Shown piece after piece: positions 1-12,290 of a stretch of DNA of 64,000 bases (positions within the stretch are counted from its first letter, which is position 1; each line of letters starts with the position of its first letter). The position numbers were made by a program, and so were the translations under genes. Source of the DNA: Podarcis erhardii (lineage: Eukaryota). The DNA is taken from assembly GCA_964252035.1 (NCBI GenBank), contig OZ176202.1; one strand, written 5' to 3'. The notes beneath the pieces were generated by a model. That model was not told the DNA's origin. It searched no databases and worked only from the letters and a program-made list of their open reading frames with translations.

Positions 1-304
1 CTATCATTTTTTTTCCCCTGAAGCACAGAAGAAAACCTGAACTGGATTAATGTTTGATGTTTTTAGATGATATTTAGGGTTCATAGAGAAGCTCATAAAG
101 AATCTTCAGGACAGCTGATTCAATTCCCTCCTCTGTATCAGGAGACCCTTTACTACATATAAATACATCCATAATGGATGCCTGACCAACCAGCTGCCTG
201 AAAACTTTCGAGGAAGCAGGTCCAACAAACTCATTACCTGTGGTTGTCTAGAATGAACCACAATGTACAAAAAAGTATATGGAGTTGGTCTTAGATCTGC
301 ATCG

Positions 305-697
305 GATATGATGGTCAAGGGTCTGCACACTAAGCCTTATGAGAAACAGTTGAGGGAGTTGGGTATGTTTAGTCTGGAAAAGAGGAGACAGGGAAGAGAT
401 ATGATAGCCATCTTCAACTTCCTAAAGGGCTGTCACATGTGGGATGGAGAAAGCTTGTTTTCTCCTGCTCCAGAAGGTAGGACCTGAACCAATGGATTCA
501 AGTTACAAGAAAGGAGATTGCAACCAAAAACTAGGAAGAACTTTCTGGTAAGAAAAGCTGTTTAACAGTAGATCAGATTCGCTTGGAAGGTGGTGGACTC
601 TCCTCCACTGGAGGTTTTTAAGCTGAGTTTCGATGGCCATCTGTCATGGATGCTTTAGTTGAGATTCTGCAGAAGTTGGACTAGATGACTCATTGGG
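305..697 (+). mobile_element. CR1 LINE 3' fragment (degenerate)
   Basis: Translates to MVKGLHTKPYEKQLRELGMFSLEKRRQGRDMIAIFNFLKGCH, typical of the CR1 ORF2 C-terminus. It is followed by the CR1 3' UTR motif ttggactagatgac. Confidence 0.85.
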
Positions 698-2162
698 AAT
701 AGTGCTCCTCTCAGGTGCACAGGAAGAGTAGTCAGCTGTCTAGTGGGCGAAGGAGAATTTGGTAGTGGCACCTATGGTAGGAGCAGACAGCCCATGGCAG
801 ACTACAGGGAATACCTATGAGGGCTGCCCTCCTTTTCCATGGGGCCTGCACTAAGCAAGTTCTAGCGCTCAGATTCTCCATCCATTGGCCTTCAATTCCT
901 CCACCCACTTGGCCTGCAAAGCCTTGTTTCCCTCAATCCCCAGAGAAGGGAGTGTATCAGACACTCAGGGAGTCTTGCCTGTCTTCTCCATCCCAACTGA
1001 GAGCCACATGGATAGGATAATCAGGAAACCAGTTGTTCTGTCGGAAGCCTCTTTCCCCTTTCTCACAGGTCTTAGGGCTACTTCTGGTGCTAGTTTACCA
1101 GGTAAGCAAAAGACTGACCATACAGTCTCATACACAGTATGGTTGTAACGTTAGACTTTTTTGCCTCTTTTCATTTGACAAATGCTCTGTGACATTGGGG
1201 AGGTGGTAATTCCGCATTGATTTACTATGGATGTTTGTATGTGATGCCAATAAAAGGTTTGATGATGATGAAGATATACAGTATGGCTCTGTTACAAGGT
1301 TTAGGTGATGTTTTGAGGGGTCATAGCCTGGCTTATTCAAGGTTTAAGAGATTTGAGAGTTTGCAGCCAGGGATTCTACCACGGAAACCCGTTATTTCCT
1401 GCTCACAAATCAAATAGTCCACTTCAAATATAACTGCAAAGTAACTTGCTTAGTCAGGAGTACAGGAGTGTGTGCATGTGCCAGAGAGAACATAGCTTGC
1501 CTTTCAGCTCCAGGTCGCATATGCTGTCCTAGCATGTTAACAGAAAACTTGCTTTTGCTGTGGAAGTTGCTGGAACAGTCCAGAAACCACAGAGTGGCAA
1601 AAAGTAACCTATAAAAGCTGAAATGAGGGTTCCTAAAAGGGAATTTCAGAACTGTGCCACAGGTATTTCTTGAGTTTCATTCACACAGGAGGAGCCACAT
1701 GAATGTAAACTGGAGGATGTGGATTTTTCATAATTTCTATGGACAATTTTGTGCTTCAGTTTTCTTTTTGGCTTTTGAACTTTGGACACTCTTTCCCACT
1801 CTATGATTAAGATCACATTTCAGAAACTGTAACATATCACTCTAATGAAATCAGAGAAGTGACACCTTTCTAAATTCCTTATCTAAAATGAACTGTGTAG
1901 GAAACACAGGCTTGAAGGCACTTTGAAGCAGCGCTACTACTGATGCTGTTCTGCCCCTCAGCGACCATATTTTCAAGCTCCAAAAAAGAACAGGCACAAG
2001 GCACAAATGAAATGCTAACATTTCCAAAACTGGGAACTTAATATTTGATGGGACGACCTACCAGACAGCAGGCTATTATTCCATGTTATTGCTGTGATGG
2101 AATGACTATGAATAAAATTATATTAGCAGAGCCGTTGTGTGAAGTGCTCTGTACTGTATATA

Positions 2163-2374
2163 CAGTGGTACCTCGGGTTACAGACGCTTCAGGTTACAGA
2201 CTCCGCTAACACAGAAATAATTCCTCGGGTTGAGAACTTTGCTTCAGGATGAGAACAAAAATCGCGCAGCGGCAGCAGGAGGCCACATTAGCTAAAGTGG
2301 TACCTCAGGTTAAGAACAGTGTCAGGTTAAGAACGGACCTGCAGAACGAATTAAGTTCTTAACCCGAGGTACCA
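2163..2374. mobile_element. pogo/Tigger-type MITE, family A
   Basis: TA + CAGTGGTACCTCGGGTT left TIR. The right TIR aacccgaggtacca lacks its last 3 nt. Internal sequence matches six other copies in the window. Confidence 0.9.
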
Positions 2375-2959
2375 TGGTCCTAGGGATACTGCTATCCTGC
2401 TGTACAAGAGGGATGGAATGATCAGGCAGTTCTCAGTCCCTGTCAATCAGGATCAGCCAGCAAGCAAGGGCAACAGAGTACACCTCACCTCCTGGCATCC
2501 CAGTCGTTGAGGCTAATTGAGATTGAGAAAGGCAAGGCAACAGGGAGTGTAGCACTGACCTCCCAGCCATCTCATCCCTCCCTGTTTATAGTCAGCAGAG
2601 GTGACACCAGTGCTAGGAGCACCCCTCTGCACCAGTTCCTAATGTTGTCAATTACACATGCACTCATTTATAAGCCCACTCCAGTGCTGTTTCTGCAAAT
2701 GTTGTTTTGCTCTCCAAAAAAGATATTTAAATATTTATATATTTAATAATAATAAAAATTGTCCCAATATACAAATTTCTAAATCTAATCTACACCAAAA
2801 TTCACATTTTAATATATTTTGGTACTTTTAGGAGCCAAGAACTGCACAACAAAATTTAGATAGGTGGAAAATCAGAGGGATAATTATGTTCTGATCTGCA
2901 CATTAATCTAGGAGGTATGGGTCTGTTAGCAGTGGAATTCATAGAAATCAAATTTCTTG

Positions 2960-3650
2960 AGCATCCCTACTGTATACTTCACCTTCAGAAAACCTTTGAC
3001 AAAGCTATAAATCAAAGAGTCTTAAGGGAACTTTGAAGTCAAGTGATACTAAGAGAGGCCCTCTTATAGATCAACAGCTGGTTAAAAAAATCTAAGGATA
3101 CACTGACAATTGGAATGGTGATGTTAATAGCAAGCTCCCCGAAGGATGTGTATTAGCACCAGTGCTACTTAACTGATAAATGATCATGAGTCAGGCGTGG
3201 CTAGTATAATGCAGCCTAAATTTGCAGATGACATCAAATTACACAGGAATATAAAATCCTAGGTAAACTGTGGAGATCTGCAAAACAGGCTGCAAAAAAA
3301 TGGCCTATTAAGAGTGCAGGCACACTGGGTTTTGTTTCATTTTTAAATCATAAATCCACATGTACACTTCTGTCTTCAATCAGCTAGAAACTGATCTTGG
3401 GGTCATAATAGATAGCTACTGCCCTGGAGCAGCAGTAAAGAAAAATTCAGTGTTAAGAATCATAAAGAAAGGGAATTAATCCGAAACAGTTTAACAGTGG
3501 ATAAATTATGGCGCATATATGAAATATTTGTGAATTTCTGGCTAACTGATTCAAAAGTGACACTGTAGAGCTGGAAAAGTTTCAGAAAAAGGCAACAGAA
3601 AAACAGGAATTTCTGCTGGTAGCAGAATGATGGGTAAAGGAACTTTAGGT
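2960..3650 (+). mobile_element. Old CR1 LINE reverse-transcriptase remnant
   Basis: Frame-broken motifs: ttcagaaaacctttgacaaag (FQKxFDK), gaaggatgtgtattagcacca (PQGSVLxP-like), aaatttgcagatgacatcaaatta (KFADDxKL). Confidence 0.7.
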
Positions 3651-4014
3651 CTTTGGCCCTTGCATTTTTAGCCAGCCCCATCTCTCCCCCACAACTCCAC
3701 TGACAACAACACCGACCCTGTCTTAGTTCTTGGCTCCCTCTACTGCCAAAATCAACTCTAAGCTAACTTACCTCAGCTCGGTTATAGTTTTCTCTATGGC
3801 TATCTTATAATTTAGGTCTAAAGACAAATAAAATTTATGTCCTGCCATCACTTAGTTCCAGTCAATGCAAACATTTATCCACATGAGTAACCTCAAAGGA
3901 ATAAAAAGGCTATTCATATTTATGGATGGAAGCACATTTTTCAGTACTTCATTGGAGAACTCCGGGGCACTCAGTATTAGGCAGAACCAAGATTCCAACA
4001 TATTGTAGGGTTCC

Positions 4015-4041
4015 TAATAATAATAATAATAATAATAATAA
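4015..4041. repeat. (TAA)n microsatellite
   Basis: About 9 uninterrupted TAA units. Confidence 0.95.
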
Positions 4042-4121
4042 AGTTCTGATTCAACATGTGGCTTATAATAATTAAAAGTTCTTATCCAATCTGTGGCTTT
4101 GCTGTTGGAAGACAGTTTTTG

Positions 4122-4340
4122 ATTATTTATTATTATATTTATATTCCCACATTTCTTCCTAGGAACTCAAGGTGGTATATATGTCTCTTCCCCTCCCCAT
4201 TTTACCCTTACAGCAACACTGTGAGGTACGTTAGGCTGAGAGATGGGGACTGGCCCAATGAGCTTCATGTCTGAGTAAGAATTTGAACCCTGGGTTTCTG
4301 AGGTCCCAGTTCAACATTCTGACCACTACACCTCACTAGC
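4122..4340 (-). mobile_element. tRNA-derived SINE (Squam3/MIR-like), degenerate
   Basis: Reverse complement has a tRNA-like head (tagtgaggtgtagtggtcagaatgttgaactgggacctcagaaacccagggttcaaatt), the core cctcacagtgttgctgtaaggg and an AT-rich tail. Confidence 0.7.
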
Positions 4341-4635
4341 TTGATAGAACATTGGCTTCAACATTAAGACTGAATTTTAGGAGTCTACTTAAAATTCTTC
4401 AATTCAGATCAAGACTGGATACCTCAAGACACCACTGCAGGTCACCTTGAAGGTGGGGTGGCCTCCACCTTGCTAACCAGCTTCAGCTGATTGTAATAGG
4501 AACTGTGTCTTTCCAAGGACAAGAGCTACCACTACCATCATTGGAGGCCAGAGAGGCTAGGCAAGATCCCAAACTGCAACCATCCCTCATCATTCCAGTT
4601 TCTCATGCTCAATGAGGGTGGTTGCCAAAATTTTA

Positions 4636-6812
4636 ACATATTTTTCACTCTATAGGATGCACCCGACCATAGGATGCACCTTGTTTTAGAGAGGGAGAAC
4701 AAGAAAAAAAAAATCTTTTTTTTTTTAAAATAATATTTATTAAGAATTTCCAATAATATAAAAAAAACAAAACATCCAAATTTAAGATCTTATTTTCCAT
4801 AACATCTTTCCAGGACTTCCCCTCCCCTCCCCCTCTTGTATTCCAATTCTTACAAATAAATTCAGCAATTTATTATCCCAAATTTTAACCTTGTTATCAT
4901 TAGCCCTATTTAAAAATATTTTCCCGTCTCCTAAGATCGACCTATTCCCTTCCGCGCGTTCCCCTCTTTAATATACATAATAGATTAAATATAATAAAAT
5001 AAAATATGATTTTGATTTTACAGCCTTTGGATTCCAAATCCCTCCCCCTTTTCCTGGTTGCGTTTCCCGTATTAATCAACATCTAATGTCTTCCTGGAGT
5101 TCCCACATTTATTTAAGCCATAGTCCTTTACCAGTCTTCTTTAATTTTAAATGTCCAATCTTGGAAGGAGTCTATCTCAAAAAGGCCCATTTTTTCCATC
5201 CAGATTTTTATATACTTGGGAGTAAAACTCCAATTTTATTTCTTAAACCTTTCAAATCTGGATTTCCCAAATGTTCCCACTTCCAACTTTGTTCAATTCT
5301 TATTATTTTTGATGTTCTTGTTGGTCTCTCTCCTCTTTCTTTTCCTGTTTTCCTGCACAAATGTTCTAATTCCAAAAGCTTCTAAATTCCGCTGCAGAGG
5401 CTCTGTTATTCAGGAACGAAACATGATGCCAAGTCCCTTCCATTTTCAATAGATAAGTCTATTGTCTACTTTAGTGTGTAAACCTCTGTAGTCAAAATAA
5501 TGTTCCATTTCTGCAGTTTCCCAGGAGATAAAAGGTTCTGTCAAATTCGATGTCAACAACTTGTAATATCCCTCGGCTCCTCTAGGTGGATTATAATAAC
5601 TCAGTTCCCTTCCAGATCACGTCCACCAGTCAAAGTAACTTTATTATTCCTTGTTTTAAACATTTTGTATCCAAATTGTAACAAATATAACCGGCAAAGT
5701 CCTCGTAACATAGTTCTCATTATTGTTCTTCTGCTTTGACAGCTCTTTGACAGCTGTCAAAACCTCTCCTTGTCTTCTCCCGGCGCTCTCGCTAAGACGC
5801 TCCCAGGTTCCGGGGGGGGGGGTTGCTTTTTAAATAAATTCCACTTTTCTCCTCCAGCTCAATCTTATAATTTTCCATCGCGAAATTTCATAACTTTATC
5901 AAAATAAGGTTGCACTCAATCTTAGATGTTAAGTCCTTTACTTTAGCTCCTCTACAACAGGGGGGGGGCTGACTTCCTTTTTATACCTCCCCCGCTCGTT
6001 CCGAATTATTTAAAAAATTTCTCGCCTTTTTTAGTCCAAGTTCCGATTACTCACGGGTTATACTTTTAAGTCCGAATTTCCAATGGAAGAAGTCAGCGCT
6101 CTCCGTCGAATGGCATGCGGCTTCGCTCGGCAGGGGAAGCGGAGGACTCAAAGCACCACCCCCCCCCTGTCACCCGTTCCGCAGCCTTTAAAAAGGCTCC
6201 TTCGCGGGTCGGGGGGGGGCTCAAAAGGTGCCAGCCGAGTCACCATGTCCATGGGTTCTAGCGCCCATGGTTTTTAAGGGTCCCCGCGTCGCCGGCGCGG
6301 CAGGACCCAGCCCCTACCGAGCAGGCTCCCTCCGGAGCTCGGAGGGAGTCCGCCATTCGGCGATGGCGCCAACCCGGAAGTAAGAAAAAAAATTCTCCCC
6401 CTCTCTGCACAGCGCCCCTTCAGAGAAGCGGCAGGAGAAACGGAGCCCCCTCCATTTCTCCTCCCGCTTAGCTGAAAGGGCGCTGCACCTTAGCTAAAGG
6501 CGCACCTACCCTTCAGCGAAAGGAACCCGAAGCTTCCGGAGTGCAGCGGGAGCTCCCGCTGCGCTCCGGAGGCTTCAGGCAGCCATCTTTGAAGCCTGGA
6601 CAGCGAGAGGAGTCGGTGCGCACCAACCCCTCTCGCTCTCCAGGCTTCAGTGGAAGGCAACGCGGCGGGAGCGCTCCCACTGCGCTTTGGAGGCTTTGCG
6701 TTGCTATCGCTGAAGCCAAGGAGCCTGTGTTCGCTCCATAAGATGCACACACATTTCCCCTTAATTTTTGGAGGGGAAAATGTGTGTGCGTCTTATAGAG
6801 CGAAAAATATGG
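4636..6812. mobile_element. Tc2/Kanga-like (Tc1-mariner superfamily) non-autonomous DNA transposon, about 0.5 kb, split by a LINE-derived insertion
   Basis: TIRs acatatttttcactctataggatgcac (4636) and gtgcgtcttatagagcgaaaaatatgg (to 6812), both flanked by TA (4634-35, 6813-14). Confidence 0.8.
4716..6381 (-). mobile_element. Short non-autonomous L1/Tx1-like retroelement with intact 5' end and poly(A) tail
   Basis: Minus strand starts ACTTCCGGGTTGGCGCCAT with a CpG-rich 5' region. It ends with a G-rich 3' UTR, AATAAA (4736-4741) and poly(A) (4716-4726). Imperfect TSD: AAG-A10-TC (4701-4715) and AAG-A8-TTC (6382-6395). No long ORF. Confidence 0.75.
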
Positions 6813-6928
6813 TAAATGTAGCTGCTTAGGTCAGATCAGCTTTTTCCCCATGCCTCATTGTCTACATAGGACATACTTAGAAGCCTTGGGGCACAAACTG
6901 CATAAAATTTGCACATGCCAATTTATGT

Positions 6929-7208
6929 AAAAGGTAAAGGTAAAGAACCCCTGACAGTTAAGTCCAGTTGCAGACAACTCTGGGGTTGCAGCGCTCATCT
7001 CGCTTTACAGGGTGAGGGAGCCGGAGTTTGTCCACAGTTTTTCCAGGTCATGTGGCCAGCATGACTAAGCCACTTCTGGTACAACAGAACACCGAAACCA
7101 GAACAGCGCACGGAAACGCCGTTTACCTTCCCGCCACAGTGCTACCTATTTATCTACTTGCACTTGGGGGCATGCTTTCGAACTGCTAGGTCGGCAGGAG
7201 CTGGGACC
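6929..7208 (-). mobile_element. Sauria SINE (Squam1), 5'-truncated
   Basis: (ACCTTT)n tail; body aligns with the full copies at 56421 and 61766. Confidence 0.9.
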
Positions 7209-10200
7209 ATATTTGGTCCCTGGGCCTGATGTATCCTATCTTGACTAGAACGTATCTGCTACCAGAGGCAGAGAGAGAGAGCAGACCAGTAAAGAAAGTA
7301 TGGAGGGACAAACACGTGGCTACCAGGAGAGGCTAGCAACTCTCTCAGCTGGAGAGTGGCAGGTGGAACACTGGAGAACTAGGGGAGAACTTTATATGCA
7401 TACACCTTTACCCCACTCTAGTGACTGCTGCACTACTGATTTATTTTAAATATTTTGCAAGCTGCCTGGAGAATTATCTTAATAGAAATAAATGCTCCAA
7501 AATAAATAATATCTAAACATATATTCAACACCTGTGGCTCCCCCCCCCCCAAGTCCTGACGGAACTGCTTCTGTTACCACCAAATCCTTTAGCCCATTAT
7601 AGTACATTTTACTGTTGTGCAATTTTGCTTCCTGGTTAAGTTTGTCTCTTGAAAAATGCACCGTGTACAAATGCTCTTCTGCATGCTTCGACTTCACTGT
7701 TCCTTCTCCCATCCACTCTATCAACCTCCAGATATTGTCAACAGGCTGAATCTTCAGTTGTTAACAAAAGAATTTCTTTGCAATCAAAGAGTGCATAAAC
7801 TGGTGTGATTACTCATTTTTCCAGCTTGAGTAAATGTGTTACTTATTTCCAAGAGGAAAAAACCCTGGTATGCTGAGTAACTGCATTTCTCTTTTCAAAG
7901 AGTCAAGCTTGAAAAAATGAAAATCATGTGAATCCATGGGATCAAGTTCAAAAGCAATTATTCTTTTTGACATTTGTCAGGGCTGCGGGGGGGGGGTGTT
8001 GTTTTAATTTTGGGAAATCATTGCTAGCTAACATGGCTATATTGAAATGGATGATCGTAGGTAATGGAAATATATTTTATGACTAACACTGGACATTAGT
8101 CAGCAGTTATAAATAGCTTTTAAGCGATGCATGCAAAGAAACTGTGCATGGCCAATACATACATTAGTATTTTATTTAAATGCAGAAAATCTACACTATT
8201 TTCCTGTTGTTGGTTCTCAAGGCTAGAATTATATCATTTATCAATTAATGCTGCTTCTGGGAATAGCAGTATACAATATATAAATAATATTTAAAGCAAT
8301 TCTGACAGCAACTCACACCCCCAAACATTAGCACAAGCTTTCTGAGAAATGATACATCACAATTTAATTGGGGGTGATTTGCTTTTATAAAAAAAAAATC
8401 TCAGTCAAGCTCCCGGTAGCAATAAACAATAAAAAATAGCATTAATTCATATAGTAGAGGTATAAAGTATGAATACCATCTAGCCAATGAGGCTCTGTGA
8501 CAGAGATGCTGCAAGTAACCTCCCTTCCAGCGCAGTATCAGGAGCAGCCCCCATCTCTCCATACCGAGGTTTGGTGCCCAGGGTACCTGAGGCCCAGGGA
8601 CTAGGTTCAGAATGACCAACATTAGTCATGGGGATGATGGAGCACCAAGCTCATCCTATCACTTCTGAGTTAGAAAGATCAGCAGCCTGACTTGGTGTAA
8701 GGCAGTGGCTTTGTCTGGGGAGTGGGCTCAGCAAGATGCCATCTAACACTTTCCTCCCAAGGTTTGAGGCTACCACCATTGTTCTTGTTTCCTCTTCCCC
8801 ATCTTCCTTGTGTGCCAGTTGCTGTCTTCAGCTACCAAGCACCTGGCTGCCCAAGAGGCAGGCAAATGACAAGAGCTGCTAGGAGCAGCAGTGAACGAAG
8901 TGGGCAGGAAGGCAGGAAAGTAGCAGCAGCTAAGATCTGTAGCCACCAGATTCAACTACTCTCTCCCTCTGGACAATGTTGGTGAGTCAGTGACTGAAAC
9001 AGGTGGGTGGCCAACCTATGCCACAAGAGGAACCACGTGACACACAAAAAAACAGAGTCTGTGGCATTCCTGAGCAGGACAGTGCATGAGCCTGGCTATA
9101 AGTCAAGCCTTGGCTCTGCCTCTTCCATGCTCCAGTTTATTGCATGCTGGCTCAACAGATCAGAAGCAAAACTGTTCCAATGAATGTTGGCAGTGCAGGA
9201 AATCCTGTAGAATCGCAACAGTTACATTCTCCAAAATATGGGTTCGACTTTCTGGTCCACTTGCCATATTCTATCCACTGATAAATGCCTATTCTAAACA
9301 TATTTGAGACATGCAACCCCATGTGTATCATGATAAACAAAAACCTGGAGTTCACCCCCTGTGGAAAGCAGGTTTTTACCCGGCTCAATGATTTCTTTCC
9401 TTAAACCAGACAATGTGTGGATTACAAGCACTTTAATTGCCTGTTTTGGTTGAAATGGTTTTCTTTCAGAACAACAGAGAAATATCTGATTTGTGGAGGG
9501 GTGAGAACACCATCATCACACATTTCTTTTCTCCTGCAGGAGAGAGAAGATCCCTGCTGGAAAATATCACTTCATTATCATCAGTGAGAGCAATCACCCT
9601 TTTCCCTAATGCTTCTCAGTCATCCTATGCTGAAATGAAGATCGACCTTTCATTCAATCCTAACCATGAGGAAGGAGAATGGCACCCAGAAGATTTGGGG
9701 GGGGGGGAATGTCATAGGAAAGTCAAAGAAATAAATTAAGCGCCACAAAAGCATTGTGTGAAGATTGCCAAGTATACATAAGTATACACACATGAAATTT
9801 CATTCAGTTGTGCTGTCCAAAGCAAACCAGCTGCAGAAAGAAACAACCCAAAATCAGCAGCCCAAAGGTCCGTGGTCGATTAGTCCATGGTCATGTATTT
9901 GCATACAGGTTATAATGGAATACATTTAACTTGTCTAGAATGGCTGTGCTTCTCTCTCAGTAGCATAGAAGCTGTGATCTGTATGTGGCCATACATTAAA
10001 TGATAGCGTGTTTTTAGTGACGGTGCCCAATAAAGTCTCAGACAATGAGTGGCAGAGTTGCTCAAATGTCACAGTTGCTTGTGGTCTTTTGCTGCCGCTG
10101 GCTGGACAGGCAAGCCTGGAGGAAAACAAAGCAAAAGCAGGGCCTGGGAAGCAAAGGCCTGGGAGGGTGGAGAAGGCCAAAGGGAAGAGTCTGAGAATGT

Positions 10201-11749
10201 AAGAAAACTAAGAGAGAGAACAAGCAGAAATGAGAGGCTATGCAGGTGTGGCTATGGCTAGTGCTCCTCTGTTGATTTGAAACCACCAGCCAAAAGCTCT
10301 GCTGCAGGCCTCTAGCCATGTATCATTAATCAGTACTAAACTAGTATCACAACCACTTGTTGTCTTTGTCAGCACTTAAGCCTTGCTCTAAAACGTCTAT
10401 CTGCATAGCAAAGTGAGAATTAATCAGAGACATAAACATTACCCAAAAAGAAAAGTTACCAACCCAATAGCTCTGACATCCTAGATTCCATTTCCTTAAC
10501 TCTTTGGCTGGGGTTTTATTTGAGTTTTTTTGTTGAGGGTGTTGCTGCTGTTGGGTTTTTTGTATTTTTATTTTAGATTTTGTTGTGATTTATATGGAAA
10601 CTGTTCTGTTTGATTCTGTATTTTAATGTTTTATTTATTGTTCATGACAGCTTTTGTTAAGTTGCAGTTATGTATTTTTCATGTTGCAAGCTGTCTTGAA
10701 ATGTGGAAAGGTGGCAAACAAATAAAATTATGTATGTATGTACTTTTTCTCCTTTCAGTCTTCCGCTTTCACTGGGTATATGTTTTCATTTCGTGTATTC
10801 CTGTTTTCCTCCCTTGAGCACTTTCCCAACTTTCTCTTACAATCTCCATTAATCACACTCTCCACTTAAATACTTTATAGTAACCTTAACGCTTAAATAT
10901 CATAAGGTTAGTGCAAGTAGCACAATCTGTTTGGACAAGTCATTAAAGTGTGTTCAAGTGCTTAGCAACATGCTTGAAATTCAGCTTCCTAGCACTTAAT
11001 ACTGATAAGGCACAGATAAATACACATTCTATCTGTAGGGACATCTTTTCTACAAATTTTTGGCAGGATAATTCATCTGGCTGTGTTTATCAAATTGCTT
11101 CATTTTTTCATTTGATTATTTCAGTGTTGTATATTTGCAAGTAGAAACCTGCCAGGAAATCTCAGCACAATCCCATTTGGCGCGGGGATACCAGTTTTCA
11201 TGCATGGCCCACTTTTGAGTTACCAAAACCCACTCCCAGCCTCCAAGGATGCTTGTCTGAATGTGCTGATAGCATTCATTCGTTAATTGTTTTTCTTGAT
11301 ACGGTCCTTTGATTGCCTATTCACAATAAGTAAAAACCTTTCATAAAATTGATCAAATTTACATTTGAAAGTTTTAAAATAAATTATTTATGTGTACCTT
11401 CTAGATTGGCTCGACACTTACCATCTCAGATGCCAAATTGCTCTGTTGCCAACCCACCAAATATTTTGGATTTATATACTAGTTTGACCTCAAAATAATG
11501 TTGGAATTTTGTTTTCCCACTTTATGGCTTTCTAGCATAAGTCTGTAGAGCAAAACTAAATGTTACATGCAAATGCATAAAATAAAGCCCCAATAGTTCT
11601 AAAAATGAAAGGAGACTTCAATTCTGAGTGGATATAGCTGGGGGAGAGGGAGATATTTAACCCTTTGACTCCCATTTATCTGCTCAAAATCTCCCAAAGC
11701 AGTTTCCCCAACATTGCAAGTTTTTGTACTGTATTTATATCTGCAGATA

Positions 11750-11991
11750 CAGTGGTACCTCAGGTTAAGTACTTAATTCGTTCTGGAGGTCCGTTCTTAA
11801 CCTGAAACTGTTCTTAACCTGAAGCACCACTTTAGCTAATGGGGTCTCCTGCTGCTGCTGCGCCGCTGGAGCACAATTTCTGTTCTCATCCTGAAGCAAA
11901 GTTCTTAACCCGAGGTACTATTTCTGGGCTAGCGGAGTCTATAACCGGAAGCGTATGTAACCTGAAGCATATGTAACCCGAGGTACCACTG
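11750..11991. mobile_element. pogo/Tigger-type MITE, family A
   Basis: TA-CAGTGGTACCTC...GAGGTACCACTG-TA. Confidence 0.95.
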
Positions 11992-12146
11992 TACTCCTAC
12001 TACCCCTGCTACTTCTCAACTCTGCACCCTCCCAAAGTTTTTCCATTTTCTAAAAAAACACTGGACCTTCACTAAACACATTTGTATGCTCCTGTGGTTA
12101 GTTTCACTGAAATAGCTGAAGCAATTTTGTTTCCAAATCTATTACA

Positions 12147-12279
12147 GGGAAGGACGGTGCTTCAGCTTTGCACACAGAAGGCATCAACAGGCCTAAAAAC
12201 CTGGAGAGCCACTGCAAGACATTGTAGACAATAGTGGGATAAATGGGCCAATGGTGTGACTTGGTGTAAGGCAGCTTCC
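12147..12279 (+). mobile_element. Squam2/Anolis SINE2-like SINE, degenerate
   Basis: cctggagagccactgc...tgtagacaata...atgggccaatggtgtgacttggtgtaaggcagcttcc matches my recollection of the Squam2 body and tail. Confidence 0.65.
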
Positions 12280-12290
12280 GAGGATGTGAA

